DNA of 64,000 bases from assembly GCA_029855935.1 (NCBI GenBank), contig JAGSHN010000030.1, positions 39,528-103,527 on the forward strand. The letters run 5' to 3'. How positions within the stretch are numbered: the stretch's first letter is position 1; each line of letters opens with the position of its first letter. Below are positions 46,822 through 57,624 of this stretch, piece by piece. A model generated the notes under the pieces. That model saw nothing but the letters and a program-made list of their open reading frames with translations. It did not search any database and was not told the origin of the DNA. Both the position numbers and the translations under genes were made by a program. This stretch comes from Candidatus Thorarchaeota archaeon. Its GTDB lineage: Archaea; Asgardarchaeota; Thorarchaeia; Thorarchaeales; Thorarchaeaceae.

Positions 46822-49608
46822 TCACGCAGATGTCGTCTTCTGGTGACGGACCACTTCGACCGGCTGCCCGGACTCGCTGGCTATCTGACTGAGAACCAGC
46901 GTCGCGTGCATCGCAGCAGCACTGCCAGCAGTCACACTGTCCGGAATGTCCTTTGGCCCGCTCGCACAGCCGCAGACGAAGATGCCCGGCACTCCTGTGT
47001 CTACAGGAGCCGCAATCTCATCCTTCACGGCAACGAAACCGTCCTGACCTAGCTCGATGCCAAGCTCCTCAGCCAGACGTGCTGTGTCCGGAGAGGGTAC
47101 AACTCCCGGGCTGAGGACCACCAGGTCGTGACTCACCATCATCGGCTGATCGCGCTCGGTCTGCTCTACGAACAGGCTCAGGTCGTGAGAGTCGGGAGCC
47201 TCCCAGACCTCTCCAACGCGTCCGCGGACGAAGTTGATGCCAAAGCGCGTCTTCGCCATCTGGTAGAACTCCTCGAAGCCCTTCCCGAACGCACGGATGT
47301 CCGCATAGTAGACCGTCACCTGCGCCTCCGGGTTGTGCTCACGCGCCATCACCGCATTCTTGATGCCGTACATACAGCAGATCCGTCCACAGTCAGGAAC
47401 TCCCTTCTGAGTGTCACGTGCACCGACACACTGGATGAATGCGATGTTCCTTGGCTCCTTCCCGTCGCTCGGCCGGATGAGATGACCACGTGTCGGGCCA
47501 GACGCGTTGATCAGTCGCTCGAACTCCAGAGCATTGATCACGTTTGGATACTTGCCGTAGCCAAGCCGACCGTACTCCGACACGTCGAAGATCTTGTACC
47601 CCGTGGCCACCACGATGGCGCCCACGTCCAGCTCAATCTCCTCGTCCTTCATATCGTGATTGATTGCCTGCCGGTCGCACGCGTCGACACAGAGCTTGCA
47701 CTCACAACACACGGTGCACCCGAGACATCGGCCAGCCTCCTCGATTGCCTCCTCCTCTGAGAAGCCGAGCTCGACCTCCTCAAAGGACCTCTTGCGTTCC
47801 GCAATTCGTGCCTTGGGCATCACGTGCCGCTTCTGTGGTTCGAAGGTGGCCTCATCCACGTCGGGCTCTGCGGGCCTGTAGAGCTGGCCATTCCGACCCT
47901 CGGCAAGGTCCTCGCCGCGGAGGTATCGGTCAATGGAAATCGCTGCCTCCTTGCCGTGGCCCACCGCCTTGACTGCGGTTGAGGGTCCGAGAACGACATC
48001 TCCGCCAGCAAAGACGCCGGACACGCTCGTCTGCAGTGTCAACGGATCGACGACCACCGTTCCCCACTCTGTTCGCGCGACGTGCTCGAGCAGCTTCAGA
48101 CTGGGAACCTTCTGACCGATGGCAACGATGAGCGTGTCAAGCGCGACCGTGAACTCAGAATCAGGTATCGGCACCGGACGACGCCGGCCCGACAGGTCCT
48201 TCTTGCCCAGCTTCATCCGGATGCACTGTAGCCCCTTGAGCTCGCCCTTCTGCGTGATGAGCTTTGTGGGCGCAGTCATCATCATGAAGCGGACACCCTC
48301 CTGTCGGGCGTCCTCCACCTCGCTTGGAATCGCAGGAAGCTCTACCTGCGACCGACGGTAGATGAGGGTCACCTCCTCGGCACCGAGGCGCAGCGCCACA
48401 CGAGCTGAGTCGATCGCTGCGTCGCCGCCACCAATCACACCGACCCTCTTGCCAATCTTGACCTTCTCGCCGCGTGCCACGGCATCCAGAAAGTCTATTG
48501 CGTGATACACCCCCTTCGCATCCTCGCCGGGGATGCCCAGCTTCCTGCTCTCGGAGGCACCTGTCGAGATGAATATGGCCTTGAAGCCCTGCTCCTTCAG
48601 CCAGTCCAGCGACTCGACCTCCGTGTTGAAGACGAACTCCACACCCATCTTCTCGACGCGCTCGATCTCCTCCCGTAGGATGTCGCGTGGGAGCCTGTAC
48701 TCCGGGATTGCATAACGCATCAGACCGCCCGGCTCGGAGCGCTTCTCGAAGACCGTCACAGGATAGCCCATCCGCGCGAGATGGTACGCGCAGGCAATGC
48801 CCGCAGGGCCCGCTCCGACAATCGCGACCTTGTCCTTCTTTGTGATCTCCGCAGTGACCTCCTCGGTCTCGCCCTTCTCGCGCTCCCAGTCGGCGAGGAA
48901 CCTGTGCAGGTTGCGGATGCTCACGCTCTCATCGTAGTTGCCACGCCTGCAGTCGCCCTCACACCAGTGGACGCAGACACGACCGAGGGTGCCCGGGAAC
49001 GGCATCGCGTCGCGGACGATGTCGAGCGCGCGCTTGAAGTCGCCGACCTGGATCAGCCGAATGAAGGCCTGCGTGTTCACGCCTGTGGGACAGGCCAGTC
49101 TGCAGGCCGCATGGCCCCTCTTGTCAATTGTGTAGACGTGCGGAGTTGCCTGCGGGAAGGGCATGTAGGTGGCCTTCCTGAAGCCGAGTCCCTCATCAAA
49201 CTCGCTTGGCACCTCCACCGGACAGACCTTCTCGCACTCGCCACACCCGGAACATGCATCCTCGTCAATGTACCGGGCCCTTCTAACGATCTCCACGTGA
49301 AACTTGCCCACCTTGCCAGCGACACGCTTCACCTCGGAGTATGTCAGAAGGTCGATGTTGGGGTGGTGCGCCACCTCGCTGAGTCGCGGCGTCAGAATGC
49401 ACGCCGAACAGTCCAGCGTGGGAAATGTCTTGTCCAGCATAGCCATATGGCCGCCTATGGACGGGCTCTTCTCCACAAGATAAACATGATAACCCTGATT
49501 AGCAATGTCAAGGGCAGCCTGCATTCCAGCGACACCGCCCCCTATGACAAGCGCACTGGGAGTCTCAGGCTGTTCGAGTCCTCCTGTACTAGCCTCCTTA
49601 ACCGTCAT
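46822..49608 (-). CDS. HdrL-type protein: HdrA core with inserted GltD/SudA-like NAD(P)H module
   Basis: HdrA motifs flank C..ACP, GRVC...CE..C.R, GAGPAG, GG..RY.IP.YRLP, GGGD.A.D, YRRS, FAGGD. Confidence 0.9.
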   Translation of the reverse strand: MTVKEASTGGLEQPETPSALVIGGGVAGMQAALDIANQGYHVYLVEKSPSIGGHMAMLDKTFPTLDCSACILTPRLSEVAHHPNIDLLTYSEVKRVAGKVGKFHVEIVRRARYIDEDACSGCGECEKVCPVEVPSEFDEGLGFRKATYMPFPQATPHVYTIDKRGHAACRLACPTGVNTQAFIRLIQVGDFKRALDIVRDAMPFPGTLGRVCVHWCEGDCRRGNYDESVSIRNLHRFLADWEREKGETEEVTAEITKKDKVAIVGAGPAGIACAYHLARMGYPVTVFEKRSEPGGLMRYAIPEYRLPRDILREEIERVEKMGVEFVFNTEVESLDWLKEQGFKAIFISTGASESRKLGIPGEDAKGVYHAIDFLDAVARGEKVKIGKRVGVIGGGDAAIDSARVALRLGAEEVTLIYRRSQVELPAIPSEVEDARQEGVRFMMMTAPTKLITQKGELKGLQCIRMKLGKKDLSGRRRPVPIPDSEFTVALDTLIVAIGQKVPSLKLLEHVARTEWGTVVVDPLTLQTSVSGVFAGGDVVLGPSTAVKAVGHGKEAAISIDRYLRGEDLAEGRNGQLYRPAEPDVDEATFEPQKRHVMPKARIAERKRSFEEVELGFSEEEAIEEAGRCLGCTVCCECKLCVDACDRQAINHDMKDEEIELDVGAIVVATGYKIFDVSEYGRLGYGKYPNVINALEFERLINASGPTRGHLIRPSDGKEPRNIAFIQCVGARDTQKGVPDCGRICCMYGIKNAVMAREHNPEAQVTVYYADIRAFGKGFEEFYQMAKTRFGINFVRGRVGEVWEAPDSHDLSLFVEQTERDQPMMVSHDLVVLSPGVVPSPDTARLAEELGIELGQDGFVAVKDEIAAPVDTGVPGIFVCGCASGPKDIPDSVTAGSAAAMHATLVLSQIASESGQPVEVVRHQKTTSA

Positions 49609-50243
49609 CTAGTGACCTCCGAAACGCGTAGATATCAAACCGCAGACGCGGGCTCTGGTGTCCTGATTGTCCCTGAGCGAGAGTTCCAGCGTCGAATCGA
49701 AGATGTCCTTGCTGTGACCGCCGGGCCGAGACCACCAATCGGCTGTGGTGAACGGGATGTCGCCTCCGCTGCTGGACGGGTCCGTCGCCACTGATCGCCG
49801 GGTGATGGTACTGTCCTCCATTGAGAGCCGCCAGTCCCTATCTTGGTCCGCCGATGCCGTCTCTGTCCAGTTGGTTCTCCCTCTCCGTCGTTGAATTCTC
49901 TGAACCAATGTCTATCCTAGTTCATCATCAGACGTATCGTTTGGATTCTATATATCGTTGCCTAGTCGTGAAACGCAATGACCGTCTTCGTAGGTTGACC
50001 GGAATCATTCATCATTGCCCAGCGGGATGTTCGGCATCGTTCATCCTCATCCGGACATTATCCGACGGCGCCCTCGCGGTTGGCTTCAATCAAATAATTG
50101 GATAGATATTTATGAGATTACTGAATCTCTCGGACCGCACGACTGTCCGGGAGCATCCTATCTGTACGGCAACACTCAAATCAAGGAACGAGTCGTTCAG
50201 AAGACGTCGGGCCCAGGGAGACTGGGCGAGAAGGTGATCAGCG

Positions 50244-52427
50244 TTGGCGATAAAGGAGCTGAAGTACGAGGTCCCGAGGCTAGAGCGTGGCTATGCCAAC
50301 CAGACGCTCTACATCAATCTCTCGGACAACACCATCGAGATAAGACCCGTGGACGAGAAGATGAAGGAGACGTTCACGGGAGGCAAGGGTTTTGACCTGT
50401 GGCTCATGTGGAACGGACTGCCAAAGGACCGAATCGTCAAGTGGGACGATCCGGAGAACGAGATATGCATCGCCTGCGGGCCGCTTGGCGGCGTGCCCGG
50501 GTTCCCGGGTGGCGGCAAGTCAATAGTGACAACAATCTCACCGGAGACAGGCATCCCGATTGACAGCAATGTCGGTGGCTACTTTGGCCCACACCTGAAG
50601 TACGCAGGATTCGATGCGCTCGAGATACAGGGCAAGGCGGACAGGGACGTCTACATATTCATTGACGGGGACGAGGGCATCGTCCAGATACTCGATGCGT
50701 CCGACCTGCCTCCGTACGCCCACGAGATAACGAAGATACTGACCGAGCGACACACCGCCAACAAGGGTATGGACATCTCAGTCGTGGCGACCGGTCCGGG
50801 CGCAGAACACGCCTATATGGGCTGTCTGAACTTCTCGTGGTACGATGCGCGGCGTGGTGAGACACGCTACAAGCAGGCCGGACGCGGTGGCACGGGCCGA
50901 GTGTTCCGTGACAAGAGAATCAAGGCGATTGTGGCCAAACTCCAGAAGATGACCCTGGAGATGAACAATCCTGCTGATCCGGAGGAGCTGAGGGCCGTCG
51001 CAAGAGAGCACTCAAGAGAGATAGTGCAGCTAGACCCCAAGCAGAACAGGATGCGTGTCGTTGGCACGGGCCACCTGCCATCCATCATGAACGAGTACGA
51101 TCTGTTGCCTACGCGCAACTTCCGGACAGGCAGCGACCCGGAGGCAAAGAACCTGTTCGATGTTGTGTGGGAGAAGATCTTCACGAACACTGGGAAGGGC
51201 TGGGACGGCTGCTGGAGGGGCTGTGCTGTCAGCTGCTCTCACTGCATCGAGGGCTTTGTGCCGAAGACCGGCCCATTCAAGGGCAAGAAGGTTCTCGTTG
51301 ACGGTCCGGAGTACGAGACGATTGCAGGCTGCGGCTCGAACATTGGCGTGTTCGACCCGTACTACGTGGCAGAGCTAAACTTCTACTGCGACACCTACGG
51401 CATCGACACAATCTCATTCGGCACGACGATGGCCTTCGTGATGGAGCTCTTCTCCGAGGGCTACATCGATGAGAAGGCGACTGGCGGTCACAAGCTCGAG
51501 TGGGGCGCAGCCGAGGAGGCACTTGCAGTGCTCCACGAGATCGCCCGTGGCGAGGGCTTCGGTCTGCACTTTGGCAAGGGCATCGCCTACCTGAAGAAGT
51601 ACTTCGCCGAGAACTTCGGTGTCGACGAGAAGGTGATGCAGGACATCGGCATGGAGCACAAGGGCCTTGAGTACAGCGAGTACGTGACGAAGGAGAGTCT
51701 CGCCCAGCAGGGTGGCTACGGTCTGACGCTGAAGGGACCACAGCACGACGAGGCGTGGCTCATCTTCCTTGATATGGTCCACAACTACATGCCGACGTTC
51801 GAACAGAAGGCCGAGGCACTCCACTGGTTCCCGATGTGGAGAACGTGGTTCAGTCTGCAGGGCCTGTGCAAGCTGCCGTGGAACGACATCGTCCCCGAGG
51901 ACAACTCCCAGACCGACGAGCCCGCGAAGGTGCCCAAGCACCTCGAGTACTATGCGAGAGCCGTCTCCGCAATGACGGGCAAGAAGGTAACCCCTGATGA
52001 CCTCATCCTGCAGTCGGAGAGGGTCTACAACTTCCAGAGGATCTTCAACATCCGACAGGGCAAGGGCCTGAGAGAGCACGACTCCAACCCGCCGTACCGC
52101 AGTATGGGCCCCGTCACCGACTGGGAGTACGAGAGCCGACAGGAACGCTACGACCAGCAGCTGCAGGAGCTCGGCATCGACATCTCAGGGATGTCGACGA
52201 CTGAGAAGCGTGAGAGGCTGCGCAAGTACAGGGAGGAGCGCTACAGGCTTCTCACTGATGCTGTCTACAAGCGCAGAGGCTGGACGCGGAATGGCGTGCC
52301 GACCCTCGAGAAGATAAAGGAGCTCGGTATCGACTTCCCGTCCGTTGTGGAGGTCGTCAAGAAGTATGTGGACACCGAGCCGGATCCCTCGCTGCTCCCT
52401 GAGAGCGACGAGGCCTGGGTCGGATAG
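50244..52427 (+). CDS. aor: Tungsten-type aldehyde:ferredoxin oxidoreductase family protein
   Basis: SP.TG...DSN.GG, AGRGG.G, C..C...C, GPEYET, CD.YG.DTIS.G, ER.YN..R.FN, Y..RGW..NG.PT...L..LG. Confidence 0.92.
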   Translation: MAIKELKYEVPRLERGYANQTLYINLSDNTIEIRPVDEKMKETFTGGKGFDLWLMWNGLPKDRIVKWDDPENEICIACGPLGGVPGFPGGGKSIVTTISPETGIPIDSNVGGYFGPHLKYAGFDALEIQGKADRDVYIFIDGDEGIVQILDASDLPPYAHEITKILTERHTANKGMDISVVATGPGAEHAYMGCLNFSWYDARRGETRYKQAGRGGTGRVFRDKRIKAIVAKLQKMTLEMNNPADPEELRAVAREHSREIVQLDPKQNRMRVVGTGHLPSIMNEYDLLPTRNFRTGSDPEAKNLFDVVWEKIFTNTGKGWDGCWRGCAVSCSHCIEGFVPKTGPFKGKKVLVDGPEYETIAGCGSNIGVFDPYYVAELNFYCDTYGIDTISFGTTMAFVMELFSEGYIDEKATGGHKLEWGAAEEALAVLHEIARGEGFGLHFGKGIAYLKKYFAENFGVDEKVMQDIGMEHKGLEYSEYVTKESLAQQGGYGLTLKGPQHDEAWLIFLDMVHNYMPTFEQKAEALHWFPMWRTWFSLQGLCKLPWNDIVPEDNSQTDEPAKVPKHLEYYARAVSAMTGKKVTPDDLILQSERVYNFQRIFNIRQGKGLREHDSNPPYRSMGPVTDWEYESRQERYDQQLQELGIDISGMSTTEKRERLRKYREERYRLLTDAVYKRRGWTRNGVPTLEKIKELGIDFPSVVEVVKKYVDTEPDPSLLPESDEAWVG

Positions 52428-52725
52428 GACGCATTCTGAGGAGGGGTGATTCAACCCTTCCTCTGATCTGATTTTTCACCAGCCGGGGGGTCGATTGATC
52501 ACTAGGCGCAGTCACTTCAAGCGTGCTTCTCGAATTCTGACCCAGAGAGCGCAAATCTAGGATAGAAGGTTTCGGCGACTATGTCACCTAGCCCGCGTCG
52601 TGTGATATTCTAGATACCGCTGTGAGGCTTTCAGAGTGTCAGGGCAAGAAAAAGACAAAAGACGGGACCACATGACTCCCGGCAGTCTTTGATTGGCCGG
52701 ACTACAGACCCGAGCGTGGACGCTA

Positions 52726-55278
52726 GTGAAACTTGAGGATTTGACCAGTTTTCTGGGAGGGCTCGCGAGTAGACTGGACAATACAGAAGAGGCTGCTCTT
52801 GCAGTCCTCGGAATTGCCGCCATCTCCCTTCCAAGCACTCTGTCCGTCGTGGGTGTTGCACAGACGGCAATCGAGATGGACTCAACCATCAAAGACACGA
52901 GGAGAGCGCTGTTGTGGTGGTGGGAACGACGCAAGATCTCGAAACAGATTCCCGCCCGTGTTCACAGGTGGGACGGGATGTCCAAAGACAAGAGAAAGGC
53001 TCTGCTGGAGGCCGTCAAGGCCGTCTTCGCTCTAGACGATGAATTTGCCCGGGTGATGCTCAAAACAACAGACGTGGACAAGGCCCTCTTCGCGTGGTTC
53101 CGGTCTGCAGGCGCGAGCGAGGACATGGCCAAGGCCCTGCGGGACCTCGTGCAGAACGAGATGCACCAGCTCCTCCTAAACAACCCAGAACTGTTGGACC
53201 ATCTACAGTTTCAGGGAATAATGGCGCTCAGGCAGGCTATAATCTCACTGGGCGGTGATACGACTCGTGCTTTGCGTATGCTGGAACAGATCAAAGAGCT
53301 GCTCATAGTCCAGCTAGTTGACCAAATCAACCACAAAGAGAGCCTGCGCTTCATAGCCGGTCTGAAGACGTTTCGAGAGATTGTCAGGGATATCCCTGGC
53401 AAGGAGCCGGAGCCATTCCGTCATGGCCCGCCTATCGTGGCTGATTTTGCCGCGGGCTTTGTTGTAGCCCCCAAGAAGATGCTTGGGAAGGTTGCCAAAG
53501 GCCTCGGCCTCGGGGTTCCCACGCTCGACATCAAGGGCCCTGTCATTCCTGACGAGAGATTTGCGGCCGTCACACTCTTCGGTCATCCAGGATCAGGCAA
53601 GACCTATCTTGCTCTCACGCTGGCCTACGAGCTGGAGCAGTTCGGCTGGGACATATTCTCTCTCGACGTGGCCACATTTGAACGTCTTGTGGACAGATAC
53701 GTGTTCATCCGTAGAATTGTCGACGCTGTACGGGAAAGATACCTTGGTGCGGGAACTGACATCACGGACGACCCGCCGCGAGTACTTCTCATTGTCGAGA
53801 ACATTCATATGGCACCGGAATTCGCCAGTGACTTTCTGTCGACACTCAAACATGTTTGTGAGGATAGCCAATCTGGCGGACTCATTCGATTGCTCCTTGT
53901 TGGACGACCGCTTTGGGAAACCCGGAAACACGGTTCTCTCACAGGTCCCATTGACACAATAGTTGAGCGGTCAGTGCGCATCGATATGGAACCGTTCTCC
54001 GAGACTACGGTCGCCAACATGCTCGCGATAGTGAAGCGGAGGCGAAACGATGTCCAGGTCAGCACAGACACGTTGATAGAGTATGCCGGGGGCGACAACT
54101 TCCTCATTGTGACTGCACTCAAGATAATGTACGAACACGGTAGTCGTGATGTGTTGAGGGACACCACTGCATTGGCTCGCCACGTGTGGCACTTTTGCCT
54201 CGAACATATAGACGTGAGTCTCCGAAACCGGGCCGCGTCAGTCCTTTGTTTTGTCGCGGCATTCAGCAGCATCGGAACTCCGGTTCTAGCCCGCTTTGTG
54301 GCGGAAAGTCTGAGAGAGAGAGTCGCGCAGGTCGCTGACATCATCAGACAACTCGCAGACACTGGTTTCTTGAGGACATATCAGTTCGAAAAGGATTCTT
54401 CACAGGTCTTTGTCGAATTCTACCACTCTCGCTACGCGCAGATCATTCTGGGAACGTGCAAGGACACAAATCCTAGGACACTGCACATGCAATACCTTGA
54501 CTACAATCCGCCGGACTTTGTTCGTTTTGCTACAGCCCTCGCGCTATGGGGCGCACACTCAGGGGACAACCAACTTCTGTCTGAGCTGTTCAATCAAGTA
54601 ATTGAACGCGAGGACTGTGTTGCAGCACTCCGGATCATCGGTGTGAACTTGATGGACACGAATCTCCGACTGGCAACGAGGGCCTTCCGTAGAATCACCG
54701 AACTGAGTCCCGATGATGCTGGGGCGTGGAACAACCTCGGCAATCTGCTCGCCAAGCAGAGGGAACGATGGGACGAGGCTGAGGAGGCATATCGCAGGGC
54801 CATCGAACTGAGTCCCGATGATGCTGGGGCGTGGAACAACATCGGGATCCTGCTCGCCAAACAGGAACGATGGGACGAGGCTGAAGCGGCCTATCGCAAG
54901 GCCATCGAACTGAGGCCCGGCGATGCCGAAGTGTGGTACAACCTCGGTGTTCTGCTCGCCAGACGGAAACGATGGGACGAAGCTGAGGTAGCATTCCGCA
55001 CAGCCACCGAACTGAGGAAGGATTCCGCTATGGGGTGGTACGGCCTAGGTCTTGTCCGTCTTGAACAAGGGCAGACAGAGCGTACGGCCCAGGCCCTTTC
55101 CCATGCCATTCGACTTCGACCCGACCTTGCAAAGGAGTGTCTCAGGCTTGCGGCCTACTGGAGAGAAAGGGGATCAGACGAGAACGCAGAGGCAGTTCTT
55201 CAAGCAGTCCTTGACTCAATCTCAGACGAGCAAGTCAGGAAGCACGCTGACGAAACGCTCAAACAGAAAGACGGATGA
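52726..55278 (+). CDS. STAND-like P-loop NTPase with TPR repeats, copy 1 (about 4 TPR)
   Basis: Walker A GHPGSGKT, Walker B-like LLIVENIH, LLLVGR sensor, AWNNLG TPRs; GTG 52726 chosen by alignment with the paralogs. Confidence 0.85.
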   Translation: MKLEDLTSFLGGLASRLDNTEEAALAVLGIAAISLPSTLSVVGVAQTAIEMDSTIKDTRRALLWWWERRKISKQIPARVHRWDGMSKDKRKALLEAVKAVFALDDEFARVMLKTTDVDKALFAWFRSAGASEDMAKALRDLVQNEMHQLLLNNPELLDHLQFQGIMALRQAIISLGGDTTRALRMLEQIKELLIVQLVDQINHKESLRFIAGLKTFREIVRDIPGKEPEPFRHGPPIVADFAAGFVVAPKKMLGKVAKGLGLGVPTLDIKGPVIPDERFAAVTLFGHPGSGKTYLALTLAYELEQFGWDIFSLDVATFERLVDRYVFIRRIVDAVRERYLGAGTDITDDPPRVLLIVENIHMAPEFASDFLSTLKHVCEDSQSGGLIRLLLVGRPLWETRKHGSLTGPIDTIVERSVRIDMEPFSETTVANMLAIVKRRRNDVQVSTDTLIEYAGGDNFLIVTALKIMYEHGSRDVLRDTTALARHVWHFCLEHIDVSLRNRAASVLCFVAAFSSIGTPVLARFVAESLRERVAQVADIIRQLADTGFLRTYQFEKDSSQVFVEFYHSRYAQIILGTCKDTNPRTLHMQYLDYNPPDFVRFATALALWGAHSGDNQLLSELFNQVIEREDCVAALRIIGVNLMDTNLRLATRAFRRITELSPDDAGAWNNLGNLLAKQRERWDEAEEAYRRAIELSPDDAGAWNNIGILLAKQERWDEAEAAYRKAIELRPGDAEVWYNLGVLLARRKRWDEAEVAFRTATELRKDSAMGWYGLGLVRLEQGQTERTAQALSHAIRLRPDLAKECLRLAAYWRERGSDENAEAVLQAVLDSISDEQVRKHADETLKQKDG

Positions 55279-55386
55279 GATCCTCCAGTTGCCGAGTATC
55301 CGCAACAAGAAACAGACAAAAGCCAGAACCGCGTGACTCCCAGCAGTCTTTCGTTGGCCGGACTACAGACCTGAGCGTGGGCGCTA

Positions 55387-57624
55387 GTGAAACTCGAGGA
55401 CTTGACCAGTTTTCTGGGAGGGATCGTGAGTAAACTGGAAGGTGCAGGAGAGGCTGCTCTAGCGGCCCTCGGGATTGCGGCCGCGGCACTTCCGAGCACC
55501 TTCTCCTTGGTGGGCGTCGCACAGACAGCAATCGAGATGCACTCGACCATCAAGAACACGAGGAGAGCGCTGTCTTGGTGGTGGAAACGACGCAGAATCG
55601 TGAAACGGATTCCCCTCTATATTGACAACTGGGAGGAAATGAATGGCAGGGACAAGAAGGCTTTGAGAAAAGGCCTGAGAGCAGTCTTTGCTCTAGACGA
55701 AGAATTTGCGAGGACAGTACTCGACACAAAAGACGTGGACCAGGCTCTCTTCAAGTGGTTCCAGTCTGTAGGCGCGAACGAGGATATGGCCAAGGCTCTG
55801 CGGGACATAGTGCAGGACGAGATGCATCACCTTCTTCTGAACAATCCAGAACTGTTGGACCATCTACAGTATCAGGGAATACTGGCACTGAATCAGGCCG
55901 TGGCCTCGCTGGGCGGTGATGTGACTCTGGTTCTCAGTATGCTTGAGAGGATTCGAGGGCTACTCGTGGCCCAGCTCATCGACCAGATCATGCATAGGGA
56001 AAACCTGCGTCAAATAGTCGGCCTGAACACGTTCAGAGAGATAGTCAAGAATGATCCCAACAAAGAGGCAGAGCCGTTCCGTGACGGACCACCTACTATG
56101 GCTGACTTTGCCGCCGGCTTTGTGGTGGCCCCCAAGAAGATGCTCAAGAAGGTTGCCAAGGCCCTTGGCCTCGGAGTCCCCACGCTGAGAATCAAGGGAC
56201 CCGTCATTCCTGACGAGAGTTTTGCTGCCGCGTCACTGTTTGGCCATTCGGGTTCAGGCAAGACCTGTCTTGCTCTCACGCTGGCCTACGAGCTGGAGCA
56301 GTTCGGCTGGGACATATTCTGTCTGGATCTGGCGACATTCGAGCGTCCTGCGGACCAATACGTATTCGTTCAGAGGGTTGCAGATGTTGTGAGAGAGAGA
56401 TACCTTGACGTGAGGACAGACTCGATCGGCGACCCGCCGCGAGTACTTCTCATCATCGAGAACATTCATCTGGCACCGGAACTTGCCAGAGATTTTCTGT
56501 TTGCGCTCAAGCGTGTGTCTGAGAATAGCCAATCCGGAGGACTCGTTCGACTGCTACTCGTTGGGCGGCCACCTCTGGAAACCAAGATGCGCGGTTCTCT
56601 CATAGAGCCGCTCGATGCGGTGATTGAACAGTCGAATCGAATCGATATGGAACCGTTCTCGAAGGTCACTGTGGCCAATATGCTTGCAATAGTAAAACGC
56701 AGGCAACCAAGTATTCGGCTTGGCACCAAGAAGTTGATGGGATTCTCGTGTGGCGACAACTTCCTCATTGTGTCTGCACTCAAGGCAATTGACAAGGACG
56801 GGAGCCTTGATGTACTGAGAGATAACACCGCGCTAGCAAGCAAGGTATGGAATTTCTACCTCCAACATCTTGATCCGCTTGTTCGAGAAAACGCCTCGGC
56901 AGTCCTTTGTATCGTCGCCGCGTTCAGCAGCACCGAGGCTCCTGTGCTCACAAGCTTTGTGAACTATATCCTGCAGGATAGAGTTCCCAAAGTCGATAGT
57001 ATTCTTACCAAGTTCACAACAGAGGGCCTCTTGAGGATGTTTGAATCTCAAGATGACTGTTCACGAGTTTTCATTCAGTTCCACCACTCTCGCCGTGCGC
57101 AGATGATCCTAGACCTGTGCGAGGACACAAATGCCTGGACTCTGTTTGTGCAATACTTTGCCTACAATCCACAGGACTCCGTCCAATTCGCAATGGCCCT
57201 AGCACAGTGGGGAGCGCATCGCGGAGATGAAGACCTTCTCATCAATCTATTCAATCTAATAAAAGACCGTAGGGACTGTGTTTCGGTACTTTGGACCATT
57301 GGTGTGAAACTGTCAGAAACAAAGCCCGGGGTGGCAACGGAGGCCTTTGATAGGATCACCAAACTGAGAGAGGACTATGCCGAGGCATGGAACAACCTTG
57401 GCGTTCTCCTCGCAAAGCAGGAACGATGGGACAGGGCCGAAAGAGCACTCCGCAAGGCCACAGAACTGAGAGAGGACTTTGCCGAAGCGTGGAACAACCT
57501 CGGCATTGTCCTCACTGAGCGGAAGAAATGGAGGGAGGCCGAGTCAGCATTCCGCAAGGCCATCAGACTGAGGCCCGATTATGCCGGGAAGCGGTTCGAC
57601 TTGGATTTTGTTCTTCTTGAGTAG
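55387..57624 (+). CDS. STAND-like NTPase-TPR copy 2 (2 intact TPR, C-terminally truncated)
   Basis: GHSGSGKT, LLIIENIH; premature TAG at 57622 followed by decayed homology to the paralog C-termini. Confidence 0.82.
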   Translation: MKLEDLTSFLGGIVSKLEGAGEAALAALGIAAAALPSTFSLVGVAQTAIEMHSTIKNTRRALSWWWKRRRIVKRIPLYIDNWEEMNGRDKKALRKGLRAVFALDEEFARTVLDTKDVDQALFKWFQSVGANEDMAKALRDIVQDEMHHLLLNNPELLDHLQYQGILALNQAVASLGGDVTLVLSMLERIRGLLVAQLIDQIMHRENLRQIVGLNTFREIVKNDPNKEAEPFRDGPPTMADFAAGFVVAPKKMLKKVAKALGLGVPTLRIKGPVIPDESFAAASLFGHSGSGKTCLALTLAYELEQFGWDIFCLDLATFERPADQYVFVQRVADVVRERYLDVRTDSIGDPPRVLLIIENIHLAPELARDFLFALKRVSENSQSGGLVRLLLVGRPPLETKMRGSLIEPLDAVIEQSNRIDMEPFSKVTVANMLAIVKRRQPSIRLGTKKLMGFSCGDNFLIVSALKAIDKDGSLDVLRDNTALASKVWNFYLQHLDPLVRENASAVLCIVAAFSSTEAPVLTSFVNYILQDRVPKVDSILTKFTTEGLLRMFESQDDCSRVFIQFHHSRRAQMILDLCEDTNAWTLFVQYFAYNPQDSVQFAMALAQWGAHRGDEDLLINLFNLIKDRRDCVSVLWTIGVKLSETKPGVATEAFDRITKLREDYAEAWNNLGVLLAKQERWDRAERALRKATELREDFAEAWNNLGIVLTERKKWREAESAFRKAIRLRPDYAGKRFDLDFVLLE

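Noticed and set aside
15436-49608. Additional Sec codons in HdrA/MvhD, as in Methanococcales
   Set aside because: These ORFs are uninterrupted with Cys at the motif positions; their terminal TGAs are normal or overlapping stops
15837-49608. Methanogenesis inferred from hdr/mvh genes
   Set aside because: No mcr or mtr in the window; Hdr/Mvh are widespread in non-methanogenic anaerobes
49609-49908. 99-aa ORF directly upstream of hdrL
   Set aside because: No recognisable motif and atypical composition; may be a leader region, cannot be supported as a gene
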